From: Candidatus Bathyarchaeota archaeon
Lineage (GTDB): Archaea; Thermoproteota; Bathyarchaeia; Bathyarchaeales; Bathycorpusculaceae
Length of the DNA: 64,000 bases
Direction: 5' to 3'
Assembly (NCBI GenBank): GCA_963767735.1
Contig: CAVYES010000002.1
Location: 64,001 to 128,000, forward strand
Each line of letters starts with the position of its first letter. Positions within the stretch are counted from its first letter, which is position 1. A program made the position numbers and the translations under genes. The notes under the pieces were generated by a model. It had not been told where the DNA came from. It was given only the letters and a program-made list of their open reading frames with translations, and searched no databases. Of this stretch, positions 31,703 to 41,802 are shown one piece after another.

Positions 31703-32179
31703 ATGAGCAGTTCAGTGGAAATCGACGAAATAGATATTAAGATTCTAAGGTTGCTGATAAAAGATGCACGCACAAGACTAAAAGAAATCGCTAAAGAATG
31801 CGGCATAACCTCCGTTTCAACGCTAAATCGAATTAAGCGTTTAAAAGCCCTTGGAGTGATTACAGGAGCAATAATTTGGCCTCGCCTAGATGCACTTGAC
31901 ATTTCAATAACAGCAACCATTGGAATTGATTTGGATTCAAATCAGGATGAAGTCATCACGTTCATTAGAGAACAAATGAATTTTGGTGAAGCTTCAGCGG
32001 CCGTGGGAAAATACGATTTGCTGGTCTTTGCTGTAGCTAAGAACATTACTGAACTGGACAAGGCAGCGTATGAAATAAGACGTTGCGCGGGAGTAAGGAA
32101 AGTTATCGTTAACGTGTGGGCTGGTAAGCCACACCAGTTATTTGAAAACGTAGACCTGCGACCTGATGGAGTGGAATAA
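31703..32179 (+). CDS. Lrp/AsnC-family transcriptional regulator
   Basis: IDEIDIKILRLLIKDARTRLKEIAKECG...RIKRLKALGVI HTH; GKYDL RAM motif. Confidence 0.93.
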   Translation: MSSSVEIDEIDIKILRLLIKDARTRLKEIAKECGITSVSTLNRIKRLKALGVITGAIIWPRLDALDISITATIGIDLDSNQDEVITFIREQMNFGEASAAVGKYDLLVFAVAKNITELDKAAYEIRRCAGVRKVIVNVWAGKPHQLFENVDLRPDGVE

Positions 32180-32180
32180 A

Positions 32181-32663
32181 ATGGATAAACTTGACCACCT
32201 GATACTAAGCGAACTGCTGAAAGACGCACAATTATCTTTCGTTACAATCGCAAAGAAGTTGGGCACCTCGCCCTACACTATTAGAAAACGATACGAAAGA
32301 ATGAAGGAAGAAGAAATAATCGCCAGAAACATCGTGTTAATTGATCTTTCAAAATTAGGATATCAGGGTAAGGTCTTCCTAATGATAACCATATGTCCTC
32401 AACGAGACAAATCGAATACTGTATCAGCCCTGGAGAAAATAAAGAACATCTTCGTAATCACCGAAATAATAGGAACTTTTGATATACTCGCGATCGCCCC
32501 AGTCACTGACCTCAAAAGCATCGGATCCATAGTGAACGAAATCAACAAGTTACCTGATGTACAAAAAGTGGAAATAACATGCATCAACAATACTGACTTC
32601 CCATTTAATGCAAGTTGGGGCAAATTATTCAGCCAGAAAAGTTACGATTTGGCAACTGCCTAA
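32181..32663 (+). CDS. Lrp/AsnC-family transcriptional regulator
   Basis: MDKLDHLILSELLKDAQLSFVTIAKKLG HTH; IDLSKLG linker; GTFDI. Confidence 0.93.
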   Translation: MDKLDHLILSELLKDAQLSFVTIAKKLGTSPYTIRKRYERMKEEEIIARNIVLIDLSKLGYQGKVFLMITICPQRDKSNTVSALEKIKNIFVITEIIGTFDILAIAPVTDLKSIGSIVNEINKLPDVQKVEITCINNTDFPFNASWGKLFSQKSYDLATA

Positions 32664-32933
32664 GCAGGCTAAGTTCTTTAAATAAAGCATTGTTTTCAAA
32701 TCTCCGCGCTTGGAAGAAAGTTCTTTTCTTAAAAAAGAAAAATAATGGGCGAAATTAGTGCTATTAGGGTTTGTTGAGCTCTCGGATTTTTTTTAGGAGA
32801 TAAGAATGTAAGCTCGCCTAAAGTCATGGTTTTTTGTGAATTTGACTAGAGCCTTCGCAGGTCTGACGTTTTCTCAAAAGATTTTAAAAACTAAAAAAAG
32901 AAAGAGGGATTGTGGTTGTTTTATTTTGTGGTT

Positions 32934-35900
32934 TTATGGCTTTTTTCTTAGTAAGAGCAAGCCTACTATGGCGATTGCGATTATTATTGCGATTACTGCA
33001 ACTGCGATTCCAATAGTTAAGCCTGTCATTGTTGCTAGGCCTGATGCAGGTGTAGGTGTAGGTGCGGCTGTAGCGGAAGGTCCTTGTACGACCATGTTGG
33101 TTTCAGAACTTGATCCCCAATAACCGTTGGTGCCTGCGAAAGTAGCGGTGACACTGTAGGTGCCTGGGACATCTGGAGGAGTCCAAGTAAAGTGGAACAT
33201 GCCGTGTGCATCGGTTGTTGCGCTGCCGAGGGTGACGAAGTTGCCGTTAGGATCCGTAGCGGTTAACGTTACAGTAACGCCTGTGAAATTAGTTGGTTCC
33301 GGCTGCTGATCGTAAACGTACGCCATCCAAAAAGGCATGCTTGCGTCAGACGCGGCTGGAACGCCACCTGGGAAGTCAGCTTTCACTGTTGATAGCTGTG
33401 AGCCAGCTGAAGTATCCATAACTGTGCCTTGTATAGCTACACTGGTGAGTGCGGTGATAGAAGTCTGTGGTGCTTCTACTGTCGTTGCGCTGGGTCCTCT
33501 GCCTATACTGTAAATCATGTTGTTATAGCCGTTCATGCACGCTATGTATCCGTTTGCGGCGACAAATGCGCTACCAGGAGTAGACCACTCGCTTGGATAA
33601 TCTGAAAGTGTCCATAATTGTTGTCCTGTGGTAGCATTAATAGCGGTTATCACTGCGCCCTTGTAAATCGGGTTGTTGATAGTGTGCTCGGAAGTAGCTA
33701 GGTAAACGACTCCGCCAGCAATGGTTTGGATGCAGGTTGGATAATCACCATAATCCACGTTATAGCCAGCGTAAGTAGTGTTACCTTCTCCGCCGTTGCC
33801 GTAAGTCCACAATAGTTTTCCAGTGACATCATTCATGCAGTAGGTTATTCCTCCGAATTGACTGCTGTATATGTTGCCGTAAGCACATACACTGAGCATA
33901 GTGTTGCCGAGGCCATAGTAGTCCCAGTCGTTTTGAGGTGCAGTTGTCCATAGATAGTCGCCTGTTGTCAGACTGTATCCTGCCCAGTTAAGAGTTTCCT
34001 CATAATTGAAGTAGAAGATACGGGTCTGCCAGTCGACTGCGCCGAATGCCATAGTTAGGTTGCCTGCTGGCGGGTTATATGTCTGCATCCAAAGTATTGA
34101 GCCGATTGGACCCACAGTTGCGTTGAGGTTGACAAGTTCCAATGTGTATGGAAGTTGTGGGTAGCCTGTGCTTGTTCCTTTGAAACCTGTAGGCAGGGTG
34201 CCGTTTTCGCAAAGCATTGCGTCGCCGTAGTCAGTTGCGAGTACCCTTGTTGGACATACTCCAGGCGATAAGTTAACATTTCCGCCCTCTGCAAGGTAGC
34301 CTACAGCGGTTCCTTGTTCATATGCAGGTATTAGATTTGCTGAGACAACAGGGTTATAAGTGGCCTGCAAAGGCATGGTGTTTAGCCAGGGTATTGAAAC
34401 GTTCCAATCATACTTTCCTGACGGATTAGCTGAGGATATAGCTTCACCTTGCGCGATAGTAGTGCTTGCATCAGCTATGATTGTGGAACCATACGGGATA
34501 AAGACGCTTGCTCCACTTGGAGCGGTACCTGTTTCGCCTATGATTGGAATTGGTAGTGTTGGAACCATCCAGCCGTTGCTTGCATTCATGACTGATGGTG
34601 AATAACTCCCTCCGCCTGTGTATGGGTTAATGTCGTATTCAAATATTTTAGACATGTTCCACTCAGCCAAATACCAGTTCGGATTCGCGGCCGTGCCGTC
34701 GTTCATAAAGACGTCTCTTATTACTTCACCGCTTGGACCCATGGTTTGCCCGTATGTGAGAGCTACTGCAATCTGGCCATTTATCGTCTCGGGTATAAGT
34801 GATGGAGGCTGACCCGGAGCTAGTACTGTTAGGACTGATGGTGCTGCAAAGCCTGGAACACCGGTTATGTTGAACAGTACGTCCCCTGTGTATGCATCAA
34901 AGCACTCCCACATCGATGGCAAACCTGTAAGTCCGCCTCCGATAGCTGCAACTAGTATTGGGGGATAGGTTCCGTGCTGGTCAGGATCCCATAGGTTGTA
35001 TATGTAAGCGAATGACAGCGGCGGTACAGTGGTGCTACTCCAAAGCTGTTGCCCTGTTTGAAGGTTAACGCAGACGGTTGGTCCACTGCTTGGACCCGTG
35101 AATGATACTGTTTGAGTGTAGAATAGGTATCCGTTTATTATTATCGGATTGCTGAATCTTGGCTGGTATGAAGAACCCTCGTAGTACTGGACTCCTGCGC
35201 CGTTGCTTGGATCAGAACCGCCAGCTGGAAAGTAGTTTCCTCCGACAGTTCCTCCGAATTGAAGCGGCGTCTCCCACATGATATGGCCAGTGAGAGGTCC
35301 TACGTTATCTCCATGGTATAATGTTGAGCTAGTATAGCCTTCTAGAACTGGTGTACCTGTTCCTAGCCAGTTTGACGAAATCGTGTACCAATTAGAGTTT
35401 TCACCGTATATTGGGTTGCTCCAGTAATTTGTCGGTAGCGGCTCGCCGGTTATTGCGCCAGCGATTGGTGTTGACTGCACAGTAAGCGTTGTTGATGCAC
35501 TGCTTGGCAGATAAGTATCGTTAACCAATACTGAGCCAGAGTAACCGTCGCCATTCGCACCATAAACTTGCCCTGGATAACTAAAGGTGATATTATATGT
35601 GCCGACTTGGTTTGGAGTATAGGTTATGTACAGTGATGAAGTTGGATCTTGGTCAACAGCGAAAGTCTGTGTTGAGACTGCACCATTAGGCGCCGTAATG
35701 GTAATCTTGTAGTTATCGAATCGGTAGTCATTTGCTAGCAATGCTGCGGAGGTTGTGTAAGCGTTCCCTATAACAGCCTCAGATGCTCCACCAGCAGCTC
35801 CGTAAACGGGGGCAAGCCAACAGTAAATGAGATCGGACTGACCGACACCTACAAGATGTGGTGCAGCTTCGATGTATGCATATGTTGGAATTTGCCACGC

Positions 35901-36008
35901 AGGAGTGTGTGCACTAGCGTTTGGCAGTAATGCTATTGAACCTCCAATTGAAATTGTTAAAATTGCTGCAATCAAAATAGCCATAGTTTTACCTTTTAGA
36001 TTTTGCAT
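32934..36008 (-). CDS. Large secreted, membrane-anchored PQQ-binding-like beta-propeller surface protein (paralog 2)
   Basis: Collinear with 28430..31426, with long identical stretches (e.g. NDTYLPSSASTTLTVQSTPI, FMNDGTAANPNWYLA); TM helix plus RKKP tail. Confidence 0.85.
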   Translation of the reverse strand: MQNLKGKTMAILIAAILTISIGGSIALLPNASAHTPAWQIPTYAYIEAAPHLVGVGQSDLIYCWLAPVYGAAGGASEAVIGNAYTTSAALLANDYRFDNYKITITAPNGAVSTQTFAVDQDPTSSLYITYTPNQVGTYNITFSYPGQVYGANGDGYSGSVLVNDTYLPSSASTTLTVQSTPIAGAITGEPLPTNYWSNPIYGENSNWYTISSNWLGTGTPVLEGYTSSTLYHGDNVGPLTGHIMWETPLQFGGTVGGNYFPAGGSDPSNGAGVQYYEGSSYQPRFSNPIIINGYLFYTQTVSFTGPSSGPTVCVNLQTGQQLWSSTTVPPLSFAYIYNLWDPDQHGTYPPILVAAIGGGLTGLPSMWECFDAYTGDVLFNITGVPGFAAPSVLTVLAPGQPPSLIPETINGQIAVALTYGQTMGPSGEVIRDVFMNDGTAANPNWYLAEWNMSKIFEYDINPYTGGGSYSPSVMNASNGWMVPTLPIPIIGETGTAPSGASVFIPYGSTIIADASTTIAQGEAISSANPSGKYDWNVSIPWLNTMPLQATYNPVVSANLIPAYEQGTAVGYLAEGGNVNLSPGVCPTRVLATDYGDAMLCENGTLPTGFKGTSTGYPQLPYTLELVNLNATVGPIGSILWMQTYNPPAGNLTMAFGAVDWQTRIFYFNYEETLNWAGYSLTTGDYLWTTAPQNDWDYYGLGNTMLSVCAYGNIYSSQFGGITYCMNDVTGKLLWTYGNGGEGNTTYAGYNVDYGDYPTCIQTIAGGVVYLATSEHTINNPIYKGAVITAINATTGQQLWTLSDYPSEWSTPGSAFVAANGYIACMNGYNNMIYSIGRGPSATTVEAPQTSITALTSVAIQGTVMDTSAGSQLSTVKADFPGGVPAASDASMPFWMAYVYDQQPEPTNFTGVTVTLTATDPNGNFVTLGSATTDAHGMFHFTWTPPDVPGTYSVTATFAGTNGYWGSSSETNMVVQGPSATAAPTPTPASGLATMTGLTIGIAVAVIAIIIAIAIVGLLLLRKKP

Positions 36009-36036
36009 TTTTCTTTTCCTTCCATTTTATTTTCAT

Positions 36037-36123
36037 TGAGCGAAAAGCAACATACATACTCTCGTATGCAAATTCTCCCGCCCATAGAATCTCGTTAGTC
36101 ATAGCGCCTTATAAAACTTTGCA
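36037..36123 (-). promoter_or_regulatory. BRE/TATA promoter plus 5'-leader hairpin of propeller paralog 2
   Basis: TGCAAAGTTTTATAAG at 36108-36123; stem GGGCGGGAG/UUUUCGCUC encloses UGCAUAC-GAGA-GUAUGUA. Confidence 0.65.
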
Positions 36124-36465
36124 AAAACCATCTTTCTTTTTAGCGATGAATATAAAGATTGCTGAAGATAAATGGTGGAAAAAACGAGAAAAAAGGGAAA
36201 AACACTTAACCTTCGAGATAAATTTAAAAAAAGAGTGTTGTTTGAAGTTTCGGCTCTAACTTTACCAGTCTACTAAACTAAAGTCAAGCAACTGGAATGA
36301 CAGGCTGTGTCTTGACAAACAAAATGACGTTAAACGGAGCTTAGATGCATTTCGATTAGAAGCAAAAAGATTCCTAAATTTATTGTACCTGTAAACACGA
36401 ACCTATGGTATAAGCTTTTATACGAATGTTGAGGTGAGACTTAACAGTTAAATGGTTAGAGCTCT

Positions 36466-37317
36466 ATGAACAAACTTGGCGGCTTCATTCGGTTAATGCG
36501 ACCTGTCAACTGTGTCATGATGGGTTTCGCTGTGCTTGTAGGGGCAGTTCTCGCCAGCTCCCAATTTGGTGGACTTAACTGGCTTAGCATCACGTTCGGT
36601 TTCTTAACGGGCTTCACTTTTTGTGCTGCAGCCATGGTTATTAACGATTATTATGACCGCGGTATTGACGCAATCAATGAGCCATCACGCCCAATTCCAA
36701 GCGGTTTGGTGAAAACGCGTGAAGCTTTGGCTTTTGTTGCTGTGCTTTCTGCAGTGGGTTTCTTTTTCGCTTTTAAAGTAAGCGTCGTATGTTTTGCTGT
36801 GGCGGCGGCATCTCTTGTTATAACTGCAACGTATCTTACTGTAGGCAAGCGAAGCGGTTTACCTGGAAATTTTTTGGTCAGCATCTGCGTTGCTATCCCC
36901 TTCCTTTACGGCAGCATAGTTGCTTTCGGTTTTGTCAAGTTTGATGTGGTGTTGTTTGCATCTATGGCTTTTCTATCAAACACAGGCAGAGAAATCACAA
37001 AAGGAATCGTTGACGTTAAAGGCGACAACGCAAAAGGGGTGAAAACTTTAGCAGTCCGCTATGGCGAAAAAAAGGCTGCGATTGCAGCCACAGCTTTTTA
37101 CATTACGGCAGTGGCTTTGACGCCCGTTACTTGGCTTTTAGGTTTGGTATCAATCTGGTTTGTGCCGTTCGTTCTGGTTACGGACTGTGGGCTTGTAGCC
37201 TCTTCAGTGCTTTTACTAAGAGACTATTCACGTGACAATTCTAGGCGAATAAAAAATACGGTTCTTTTATGGTTCATTTTTGGATTGTTAGCATACATTT
37301 TTGGCACTTTCAAGTGA
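36466..37317 (+). CDS. Digeranylgeranylglyceryl phosphate synthase (UbiA family)
   Basis: LMRPVN, INDYYDRGIDAINEPSRPIPSG, REITKGIVDVKGD...TLAV. Confidence 0.9.
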   Translation: MNKLGGFIRLMRPVNCVMMGFAVLVGAVLASSQFGGLNWLSITFGFLTGFTFCAAAMVINDYYDRGIDAINEPSRPIPSGLVKTREALAFVAVLSAVGFFFAFKVSVVCFAVAAASLVITATYLTVGKRSGLPGNFLVSICVAIPFLYGSIVAFGFVKFDVVLFASMAFLSNTGREITKGIVDVKGDNAKGVKTLAVRYGEKKAAIAATAFYITAVALTPVTWLLGLVSIWFVPFVLVTDCGLVASSVLLLRDYSRDNSRRIKNTVLLWFIFGLLAYIFGTFK

Positions 37318-37731
37318 AAACCGATTTTTTGGTGACAATCACCCGCGCACAATTCCACTTTTTTCTTTTTTTGTTTTTGGAGCGAGCCTTCCAATATTTT
37401 TGGGTTAACGCCGATAAGGTTAAGTGAAAACTGTCTTCCTTGCTTGTGGATGATTGCAGCAACCGGCACAAGAAATGCTGGAATAAATTTATGAGAACGC
37501 GGAGCGACCAAGCAAGTTTAAAAAGCATAAACCTGAAAAATTCAATACTTTAACAAATAGGTAACATCTAATTAACAGAAAATAGAAAAAGCAGTAAATT
37601 AATAATTTTTAGGTATTCGCAACTAAAAACTTTCAAACATAAAATTTTCAGTATTTCTTAAGACGCACATTTACTAAAATATTTAATTTAAAATTTATTA
37701 TCAGTTAACATACCTAAAGAGTTAACCTAAA

Positions 37732-37953
37732 ATGGCAATCCAGAAAACTACAAGTGAAATTCGGCAACTTCTAATCAATGCAAAGTTAGATTTTGAGTCA
37801 ATACAGAATAAGGCATTGAACGATTATCTTCCAAAAATACTTCATATCTGCCCATTTATAGATGAACCATGCGCAACAAAACAATGCGTAGAATGTGAAG
37901 TCTTCACCAACAGCACAAACAAACGAAACTTAAAGGGGAAGCAAAAAACCTGA
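37732..37953 (+). CDS. Small Cys-rich hypothetical protein
   Basis: ICPFIDEPCATKQCVEC four-Cys cluster; AT-rich promoter-like region upstream. Confidence 0.55.
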   Translation: MAIQKTTSEIRQLLINAKLDFESIQNKALNDYLPKILHICPFIDEPCATKQCVECEVFTNSTNKRNLKGKQKT

Positions 37954-38040
37954 GCTTGCGCTCAAAGGACAAAAAGATAAGTTGTTGCTTGCCGAGCTCA
38001 CCCTTATGCATGCTTGAACATTAATGCCCCTATTGCTTTT

Positions 38041-38202
38041 CTAAGGAATTTCAGGAATCATATCTCTTCTGCTTTTTGGTTCAACTATTGAACGATATCT
38101 TCCACAATACAGATAGGGACCAGAAATGCAGGTTTTGGCGTCAGCCTTATAGAGTGTACAAACCTTACGTTTGGGACAGCCGCCAAAGTTATGAAATAAC
38201 AT
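38041..38202 (-). CDS. Small Cys-rich hypothetical protein
   Basis: CPKRKVC...TC...YCGRYR four-Cys motif; ATG at 38202. Confidence 0.5.
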   Translation of the reverse strand: MLFHNFGGCPKRKVCTLYKADAKTCISGPYLYCGRYRSIVEPKSRRDMIPEIP

Positions 38203-38421
38203 TTGCTTATATGATTTCAAAATCGTGCATCCCAAGCATTCTTAACCTTAATTGAAACATTACGTTCTGGGTTCTTAAGGCATATTTCGATAATTGAAAT
38301 ATGCCGACCGAAATCGGCAAAAACTCGCAAAAACTTGCTGCTATTTTGAACATATATACGTGCATGTTAGCAACAATTAAATCCCTCGTATGTTGAATCA
38401 ACCATTAAAGAGGATGTTAAC

Positions 38422-39075
38422 ATGTCTGAAAATTTCGCTAAAAAATGGGAACCTAAAAGAGAAGAAGAATCGTTCAGCACCTCAATTCGCAACACAGTTA
38501 CGCGGCCGCCACCACTAAAGACAGCTTTAGATGCAGCTGTTAGAAAACTCGACTTGCAAATCAACAAGTTAGACCAAGCTAACGAACGTTTCACAGAGAA
38601 AGACAAGTCTCTGTTCGCTAAATTAGTAAATGCTTACACGCAACATGATACGGCGCACGCTAACATTTATGCTACTGAACTAGCTGAAATACGAAAAATG
38701 TCAAAGCTTATCATGAACGCAAGACTTGCACTAGACCAAGTATCGCTACGCATAAAGACAGTAACCGAACTGGGCGATGTTGTTACTGCACTGGGACCAT
38801 GCATCGGAGTAATACGCAGTGTCAGCGGGGGACTATGCGGTGTTTTACCAGAAGCCGAAAATGAGCTGAGCGGCATCGGTGATATGCTGAGCGGTTTAAT
38901 GTTTGAAGCAGGAACAAGCAGCGGAATGTCATTAAACTTCAACTCTGTAAACGAGGACGCAGCAAAAATCCTTGATGAAGCAGCAATTGTTGCAGAACAG
39001 AGAGTTAGCTCGAACTTCCCCGATTTACCTCCTGGAATGCCATCTGGTGCAGCAAACAACAAAACGAGAACTTAA
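38422..39075 (+). CDS. ESCRT-III/Snf7 (CdvB-like) protein
   Basis: Helical hairpin A.IYATELAEIRKM...ARLALDQVSLRI, LPEAENEL, EDAAKILDEA; C-terminal FPDLP resembles a MIM2 motif. Confidence 0.9.
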   Translation: MSENFAKKWEPKREEESFSTSIRNTVTRPPPLKTALDAAVRKLDLQINKLDQANERFTEKDKSLFAKLVNAYTQHDTAHANIYATELAEIRKMSKLIMNARLALDQVSLRIKTVTELGDVVTALGPCIGVIRSVSGGLCGVLPEAENELSGIGDMLSGLMFEAGTSSGMSLNFNSVNEDAAKILDEAAIVAEQRVSSNFPDLPPGMPSGAANNKTRT

Positions 39076-39212
39076 ATCAAGCTAAGTATCTTCTTCCTTA
39101 GCCTCTTCTTTTTTCTTATTTTTAACTACAATTTAAACAATCTGATCTTTGTTCTTGTAATTTTTAAGTAAGTATTCATGGATAATAAATCTTAAATCTG
39201 CATAGCAAAATA

Positions 39213-39452
39213 ATGCCAAACAATGGTGAAACACTGGACATGAATAATAAAACCTTCGCCTTGTTCATGTTGCTTGTGGGTTTAGCCCTCTCAGTTGCAG
39301 GGGTTGGAATTGCGATATCTTCAATGAACCAAGCGATAGACAGCCCTTTCAATACAAATGTTAACAGCACTTGGAATACTGAAACAGTCGCTATTGTGAT
39401 GGCAATAGTTGGAATTATTATGGTTCTTTATGGAATATTGATTCTTTTTTAG
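39213..39452 (+). CDS. Small two-TM membrane protein
   Basis: Two hydrophobic helices; start may be ATG 39240. Confidence 0.55.
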   Translation: MPNNGETLDMNNKTFALFMLLVGLALSVAGVGIAISSMNQAIDSPFNTNVNSTWNTETVAIVMAIVGIIMVLYGILILF

Positions 39453-39473
39453 AAGCCAAGAAGCGCGGCGCGC

Positions 39474-39750
39474 TTATGCTGGTTCTATGGTGACTTCCAT
39501 AATGCACCTTTCAAGGCTTGGCTTATCGCGCTTCAACAAGGTCAGTGTCAAATCTGGAATACGTATTCGCCCATTTTTTTGCATTTTAGCTAGAAAACTC
39601 TCCCTAACGCCCAGAAAACCAACGATGGTAACTGTAACTTTTAAGGTCTCAGACGATCCAACTTGAATCATGGCGTACCAACCTGGGCATTTGCAGACGA
39701 CCTGCTTTCTGCAGCTTCGTTTTGAAACTTACTGTTTGGCTCAAAGGCAA
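39474..39750 (-). pseudogene. Tandem AbrB/MazE-like DNA-binding protein, frameshifted
   Basis: TTG start after GAGGA gives MPLSQTVSFKTKLQKAGRLQMPRLVRH. After a frame change near 39670 it continues SSETLKVTV...FLAKMQKNGRIRIP. Two GR.x.P swapped-hairpin motifs. Confidence 0.65.
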
Positions 39751-39986
39751 CTTAAACAGTCCTCCTCTGCAGGATACTTCACGGACGCGAAAATATTTTC
39801 TTATCCTTCTGTTTCCCTACTTGTCCTTCCATGTCCTTTCCCGTACGCAACCTGCAAACGATTTAAGCTTTGCTTCAAAAAAGCAACCCAAAACGCAAAG
39901 AACAAAATTCTGCGGAAATATTTCGCTCTTATTTTTATCCACTAATGTAAAAGCGTTTAATTATTCTTGTTTATGGAAAAGTCATC

Positions 39987-40565
39987 TTATCTTTTTTCTG
40001 GCGGCTTCTCCCATAGTTCAAGCTTCTGTTTCTTTAGCTCGGTTCTCTTTTTCTGCAAATAGTTGTACATTGTGTGGTGCTGGCAACCTTCAATAATCAT
40101 TTGCACCGCGTTATGTGCTGTGTCAACCTGTTCGAAACTGCCGATAAGCCCGACAGTGTGACCATACACAACTACGTCAGCCTCAGTTAACTCTTCAATT
40201 AGCTTTCTTGTTTTACCGTCGGCACCGATTATTCTTCCTTTTATCCGTTTAATGTCAGATTCTGATCGGCCAAAAATGACGCGCAAATCTATCATGTCAA
40301 AGATTTCGTCTTCGTTGCGAATCAGGCGGAATGCTACTTCAGGAGTAAAGCCTCTGCCGATGGCTGTGGCAACATCTTTTGCTTTTAGCAGCAAGGATGG
40401 GTCAGTTGCTTTTTCTGAGAGCGTAAGGGTGACGTTTCCGTCGCTGTCAACGTCCAGTTTCACCTGAAGCTTCTCTTCAATATACTGCTTAACTTTGCCT
40501 TCGGGACCAATAAGTATCCCAACGCGCTCTTTTGGAATCCTAACAAACGTGTCTAATCCAACCAT
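39987..40565 (-). CDS. KH-domain rRNA-processing protein (Dim2/Pno1-like)
   Basis: RVGILIGPEG and KGRIIGADGKTR KH motifs, AIGRGF; conserved context downstream of RIO1. Confidence 0.93.
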   Translation of the reverse strand: MVGLDTFVRIPKERVGILIGPEGKVKQYIEEKLQVKLDVDSDGNVTLTLSEKATDPSLLLKAKDVATAIGRGFTPEVAFRLIRNEDEIFDMIDLRVIFGRSESDIKRIKGRIIGADGKTRKLIEELTEADVVVYGHTVGLIGSFEQVDTAHNAVQMIIEGCQHHTMYNYLQKKRTELKKQKLELWEKPPEKR

Positions 40566-40567
40566 TT

Positions 40568-41350
40568 TTAACCCACAACCATCTTATGCAACTTTTCAAG
40601 GGGATAAACTTTTACGTTTAACCGACTAAAGAACCTATTCAAATTCGTTAAATCCCTTGTCAGCATGAAATCAGCCATCGGATGTTCGATGGAAACGGAC
40701 TGGGACATGTCAAAAACCACTATTTTGCCTTTCCAAATCATAATGTTATATTCGCTTAAGTCACCGTGAACAAGTTTGGCTTTCTTGTAGAGGCGCTTTA
40801 CATAAGTAACTAGTAAGCGGTAGGTTCGCACGGGGTTAGTTGGAGGCCGCTCTTTGAGTGATGGCGCGCTAACGCCGTCTTTCCCGATGAACTCCATGAC
40901 TACCACGTTGCTTTTGACAGCAAGGGGTTTGGGAACAGGAACCTTTGCTTCCGTGGCTTCCTTTAAATTGCGAAACTCCTTCGCTGCCCAAACAGCAATC
41001 AGCGATCGCGTGTCACGTTTAATGTTTTTGAAGCGAGGGTCCCCTTCAATGTATTTTAGCATACCCTTCTTGAACTCAGCAGATGAGGTTAAGTAAATTT
41101 TCACCGCTAAATCTTTGCCTCCCTTGTCCGTACCCCAGTACACGCGTGCTTCCTTGCCTGAACTAACAACCCCATTGAGCTCATAGAAAACCCCACTGTT
41201 TAGCATGTCAAAAACAACCATGCGCGTGGTTTGGTCAAAAACCTCCTCCACGGTGGCACGCTCCTTTGTCATATCATGTGTAAGCATTTTGTCTCTCCGT
41301 TCCACTCGCCTTTCGGTATGGGCAAGGCGTTCTTGAGCTTTCCTAGACAT
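40568..41350 (-). CDS. rio1: RIO1 serine/threonine kinase/ATPase
   Basis: SSGKEARVY, AVKIY, KEFRNL, LVHGDLSEYNI, FDMSQSV. Confidence 0.95.
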   Translation of the reverse strand: MSRKAQERLAHTERRVERRDKMLTHDMTKERATVEEVFDQTTRMVVFDMLNSGVFYELNGVVSSGKEARVYWGTDKGGKDLAVKIYLTSSAEFKKGMLKYIEGDPRFKNIKRDTRSLIAVWAAKEFRNLKEATEAKVPVPKPLAVKSNVVVMEFIGKDGVSAPSLKERPPTNPVRTYRLLVTYVKRLYKKAKLVHGDLSEYNIMIWKGKIVVFDMSQSVSIEHPMADFMLTRDLTNLNRFFSRLNVKVYPLEKLHKMVVG

Positions 41351-41496
41351 AATATCAATCATGTTAACTGCTTCAGGATATTTAAAAGCATCAACCAAGA
41401 AAAAAGAATATTATAGTTGAATTAAAAAAATTAGAAAACGACGAGGCACGTCGCTGTTGAAGGGCTAAAATGAATATTAAGATTAAATTTTGAAGA

Positions 41497-41802
41497 TTAA
41501 AGAGTTAGTATGCCCTTTCGCCGTAGTGTATCGGCTTGTGAGTGTGTGTAGCGCCAGACAACGTCGCCGCGTGTGTCAGTTTGGAACTCCCAGGGTGAAA
41601 CTATAACTATGTCGCCTTCGCGGATCCATACGCGTCTTTTCATTTTGCCTCTGATTCGGCATAAACGTTCGGCGCCGTCTTGGCATTTAACCATGATTCG
41701 GTCGAAACCAAGCAGTTTAACAACTACGCCTAACACTTCATTTTCCCTAGGATAAACTAGCTCGCCGATTGCGCCTTCGCTTAACACTTTTTTCTTTCCC
41801 AA
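41497..41802 (-). CDS. eif1a: Translation initiation factor aIF-1A
   Basis: RLCRIRGKMKRRVWIREGDIVIVSPW...WRYT. Confidence 0.97.
   Translation of the reverse strand: MGKKKVLSEGAIGELVYPRENEVLGVVVKLLGFDRIMVKCQDGAERLCRIRGKMKRRVWIREGDIVIVSPWEFQTDTRGDVVWRYTHSQADTLRRKGILTL

Noticed and set aside
37224-37528. Minus-strand ORFs downstream of DGGGP synthase
   Set aside because: Low-complexity translations of terminator-like T tracts with no family features.
39987-41802. aIF-1A/RIO1/KH cluster as a new system
   Set aside because: This is a well-known conserved archaeal gene neighbourhood.
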